DNA of 64,000 nucleotides, from assembly GCA_965113315.1 (NCBI GenBank), contig OZ220372.1. One strand, given 5' to 3'. The DNA comes from Podarcis vaucheri. Its lineage: Eukaryota. The notes beneath the pieces were generated by a model. That model was not told where the DNA came from. It was given only the letters and a program-made list of their open reading frames with translations, and did no database searches. Every line of letters starts with the position of its first letter. Position 1 is the first letter of the stretch. The translations under genes and the position numbers were made by a program. This document shows positions 61,201 through 64,000 of the stretch, in pieces.

Positions 61201-63774
61201 CAATTTAATTAGCAGCCCAGTTTATGAGATCTAAAATACTTCAGGCCCTGTTGATTACAATGGCAGACTTCGAGCACAATTTGGTCCATGTTTCCTCAGA
61301 AGGCTACTGCTCTGTGTTCAGAAGTACTCACTCCTCAGTAGGGACAGCTAGGACTGTGGCCTCATTCGCAAATGACTTAGCTCTGATTTATTTCAACTGG
61401 AGATGTGCAGCAGGCCTGTTTTCAAGACATTTAGCTGCCTGAGGCTAAGGACAATATGGCGCCTCTTCAAATCCACGTAGAGAAACCAACTGAACTGGAA
61501 GCTGCAACTTACTTTGACACTGGTGACAGTTAGCATCCTTCGGAAAGCAGATTTGTTTAGGAGGTGCTGGGTAGGCTGTACATCACACACAGCTCTATCG
61601 TCCAACAGAAGGGATTGGCTCCTGGACTCAGGAGGAATGCCCTTTAGGTTTCTGCCACTACCCTGCCACACACAGAGATAGAACATCTGCCTGAGGCTAT
61701 CAGGGGCAGCTGCCTCACTCTATCTAATGGTAGAGCTGGTCCTGATGGGGCAGCCTTATTCTCTGTGTGATTTTTCATAGCTCTGAATGATTATTCAGAA
61801 CTAGGATCCCAACTTCTATTTTTCTGCCATGATTTAGTTGTCCAATATCTCCAGCCTTCCCCAATGTACCTCCTGCTAGGTTATAATTTTGAGGATGATC
61901 ACTTGGCAGCCAAGGTTCCTCTTTTGCAATCTCTTCCTTTCAGGAACCACCAGAAGAATGAATCACTACAATGGGTCTGGAAGACAACATTGAGCTGTGC
62001 ATTACCTAGTAGTTTCCCAGATTCTTTGGTGGGGAAGGCAGGGATGTCATCATTCTGCAGACAGCTTCAAATACAGTAAATAAGTGTTTCCTTTCTTCTC
62101 ATCTTCAAAGAAGACATAGCTTGCTAGGTAGAATGGGCTGACAGCTGTAATCAATGGCGGGGAAAGTGGCATGCAATATTCCTTTGGGCAGCCATAAATT
62201 GCATGCTACCTTGATCGTAAAGAAGAAGTTGCAAACTCTTATAACAAGGGATACATAAAAATGAGATGTGAAACTGCAGAGATTTAGGGCCTTCCTAAAG
62301 GTTTTATTTGTCACCTAACTTCTGTCACACACACTGGAAGAGATGATGATAACATGTACATATATTGAATACAGCATGTGAATTATTTCCTAGATCCAAG
62401 GGAGTCCAAGTCACATCTGATGCTATATTCACAAAACAGCTGCAGGATGAAACTGCAGGTACTCTGTTGACTTCACTATATTAAACCAAGAAGCACTGCA
62501 TTATTATTAATATCACTGAGCACCATGCATTTAAGGCCAAAATGAAATTAGGGTGGTTATGTATTACACATCACTGGAAGGCTGTCATTTGGATGATGTA
62601 CCGTACAACACTAAGAGCTGCTGTTCCAATGAAGTATTGCACCAAATGCCATCACTCTGGTGATATATTTCACCCTAGCATAAGAACCAATGCGGAAATA
62701 GATCGTCAGAGCAATCCCTAAGGGTAATATATCCCCTCAGCCACTGCAATACACTTAGTGTTGGATTATCGCTTGCTTGGTGTGTATGCATTTACATCTG
62801 GAATATTTTCATGTATTCCTGCCAGGGACATTTATGGAGTGTTGTTTGTTATTGTTGTTGTATGTGTTTATTTGAACCTGAGATTTCTTTGCAGCTGCAG
62901 ACTACTTGGGGAGAAATGTAGGTAGTCAATTACATTTCTGTTCCCCCTCCTTATTTAAAGCGGGGGCACACACAGATTATTACTACAAACATATTATGCA
63001 CTTAGGGCAGAACAGCATGGGCTTTATTTAAAGCATCTAAATGCACAGTTGATGAACCACTAACTCTCTCACAGACCACATTGCACCTTCTAAATCCTTT
63101 AGTGATACTTATGGCCAAGTTAGATGTGCCCAGGGCACAATCCCATCAAAATAAAGCATTTTAGAATCCCATCAGTTCAATGAGAGAGTTAAGCACAGAG
63201 CTTAAAATTACTTCACACTGGCTGGATCATGCTCACTGAGAGTAGCAACACAGGGAAGTTATGATGGCAGTTATGAGACATAAGTACAGTGAAAGGATAG
63301 CATGACTCTCTGGTATTATATACAGCAGTGGTGCATGTGCAGATTGGGCAGAGGTAACATGGGGTTGAGCAGGTGCCCTGGTAGGACCAACCCAGTACTC
63401 CCACCAGCAGATCCACACAGTCTCAATCCCATCACTGCCCCATCCTAGATCTGTCCACCTAAGCAGCACTCTTGCCAGTGTTAGAAGGCCAGTGCCACCC
63501 TACCCCATGCAACACTGCTGGCCATATGCTTTTATTCGTGCAATAATATTTTGAGATTTCATTGCCACTATGCACGGCAGCTATGAAGCGAAGGCTGGAG
63601 GTGGAGGAGTTGGGTTGGAAAACGAACCGGTTACCAGGCAAATTTAGCAGCCATGTCATCTTCCCTAACACAATCAACAGGAACTGCTGAGCATGGAGAG
63701 CAGTTTTATTTTGCTTCCAGCTGCTCTTGGCTAGTGCTTCTGTAGCATTAAGGGTGATTTGGGCAGAGTAAACA

Positions 63775-64000
63775 AAGAAACCACACTAGACCATAATTAA
63801 GCAACCGTTTGGGTACACACATAATATTAAGCCATACTTAAGGTTAGTAAACTAACAACAAACAATGGCTTACTTTTAAACCATAGTTTAACTATGGCAA
63901 ACCATAGTTAGCAAACCAAGCAACTTGTTAAGATATTGGTCAGTTTATGCTAAACTGTAGTTTATTAATTAATATTTGTTTAAACCATGGTTTAACATTA
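63775..64000. repeat. AAACCATGGTTT/AACTATGGTT palindrome array, running off the window end
   Basis: aaaccatagttt, aactatgg, aaaccatagtt, aaactgtagttt, aaaccatggttt; same family as 1315-1545. Confidence 0.55.

Noticed and set aside
1-64000. Remaining 60-170 aa ORFs in the track
   Set aside because: No recognisable domains or exon structure; consistent with random ORFs, antisense shadows of LINE ORFs or microsatellite translations

Overview
Vertebrate genomic DNA, not prokaryotic. The SINE/LINE content (Sauria SINE, Squam3-like SINE, BovB, CR1, L2) points to a squamate, probably a lacertid lizard (inference). The only host coding sequence I can support is a minus-strand exon at 2793-2945 encoding the N-terminal cytoplasmic tail and transmembrane segment of the glycosyltransferase MGAT4C. 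The remaining ~61 kb appears to be 5' intronic/upstream sequence of that gene, filled with transposable elements. The dominant feature is a full-length ~6 kb LINE-1 (21482-27470) with uninterrupted ORF1 and ORF2, a perfect 19-bp target-site duplication and a CpG-rich 5'UTR, antisense to MGAT4C. Also present: a young 5'-truncated CR1 with an open RT frame, L2 fragments, a BovB fragment interrupted by a hAT-type element carrying 60-bp hairpin repeats whose loops are flipped between units, a probable DIRS/Ngaro remnant with a partial SGNH-hydrolase ORF, a Penelope terminus with a decayed hammerhead core, and many MITEs and SINEs. I found no convincing new multi-gene system. The best novelty candidates are (i) the L1 5'UTR architecture (opposed YY1-like motifs, an ORF0-like antisense ORF pointing at MGAT4C, a possible 5'UTR intron) and (ii) the flip-loop hairpin array. 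Family names come from remembered motifs, not from database searches.
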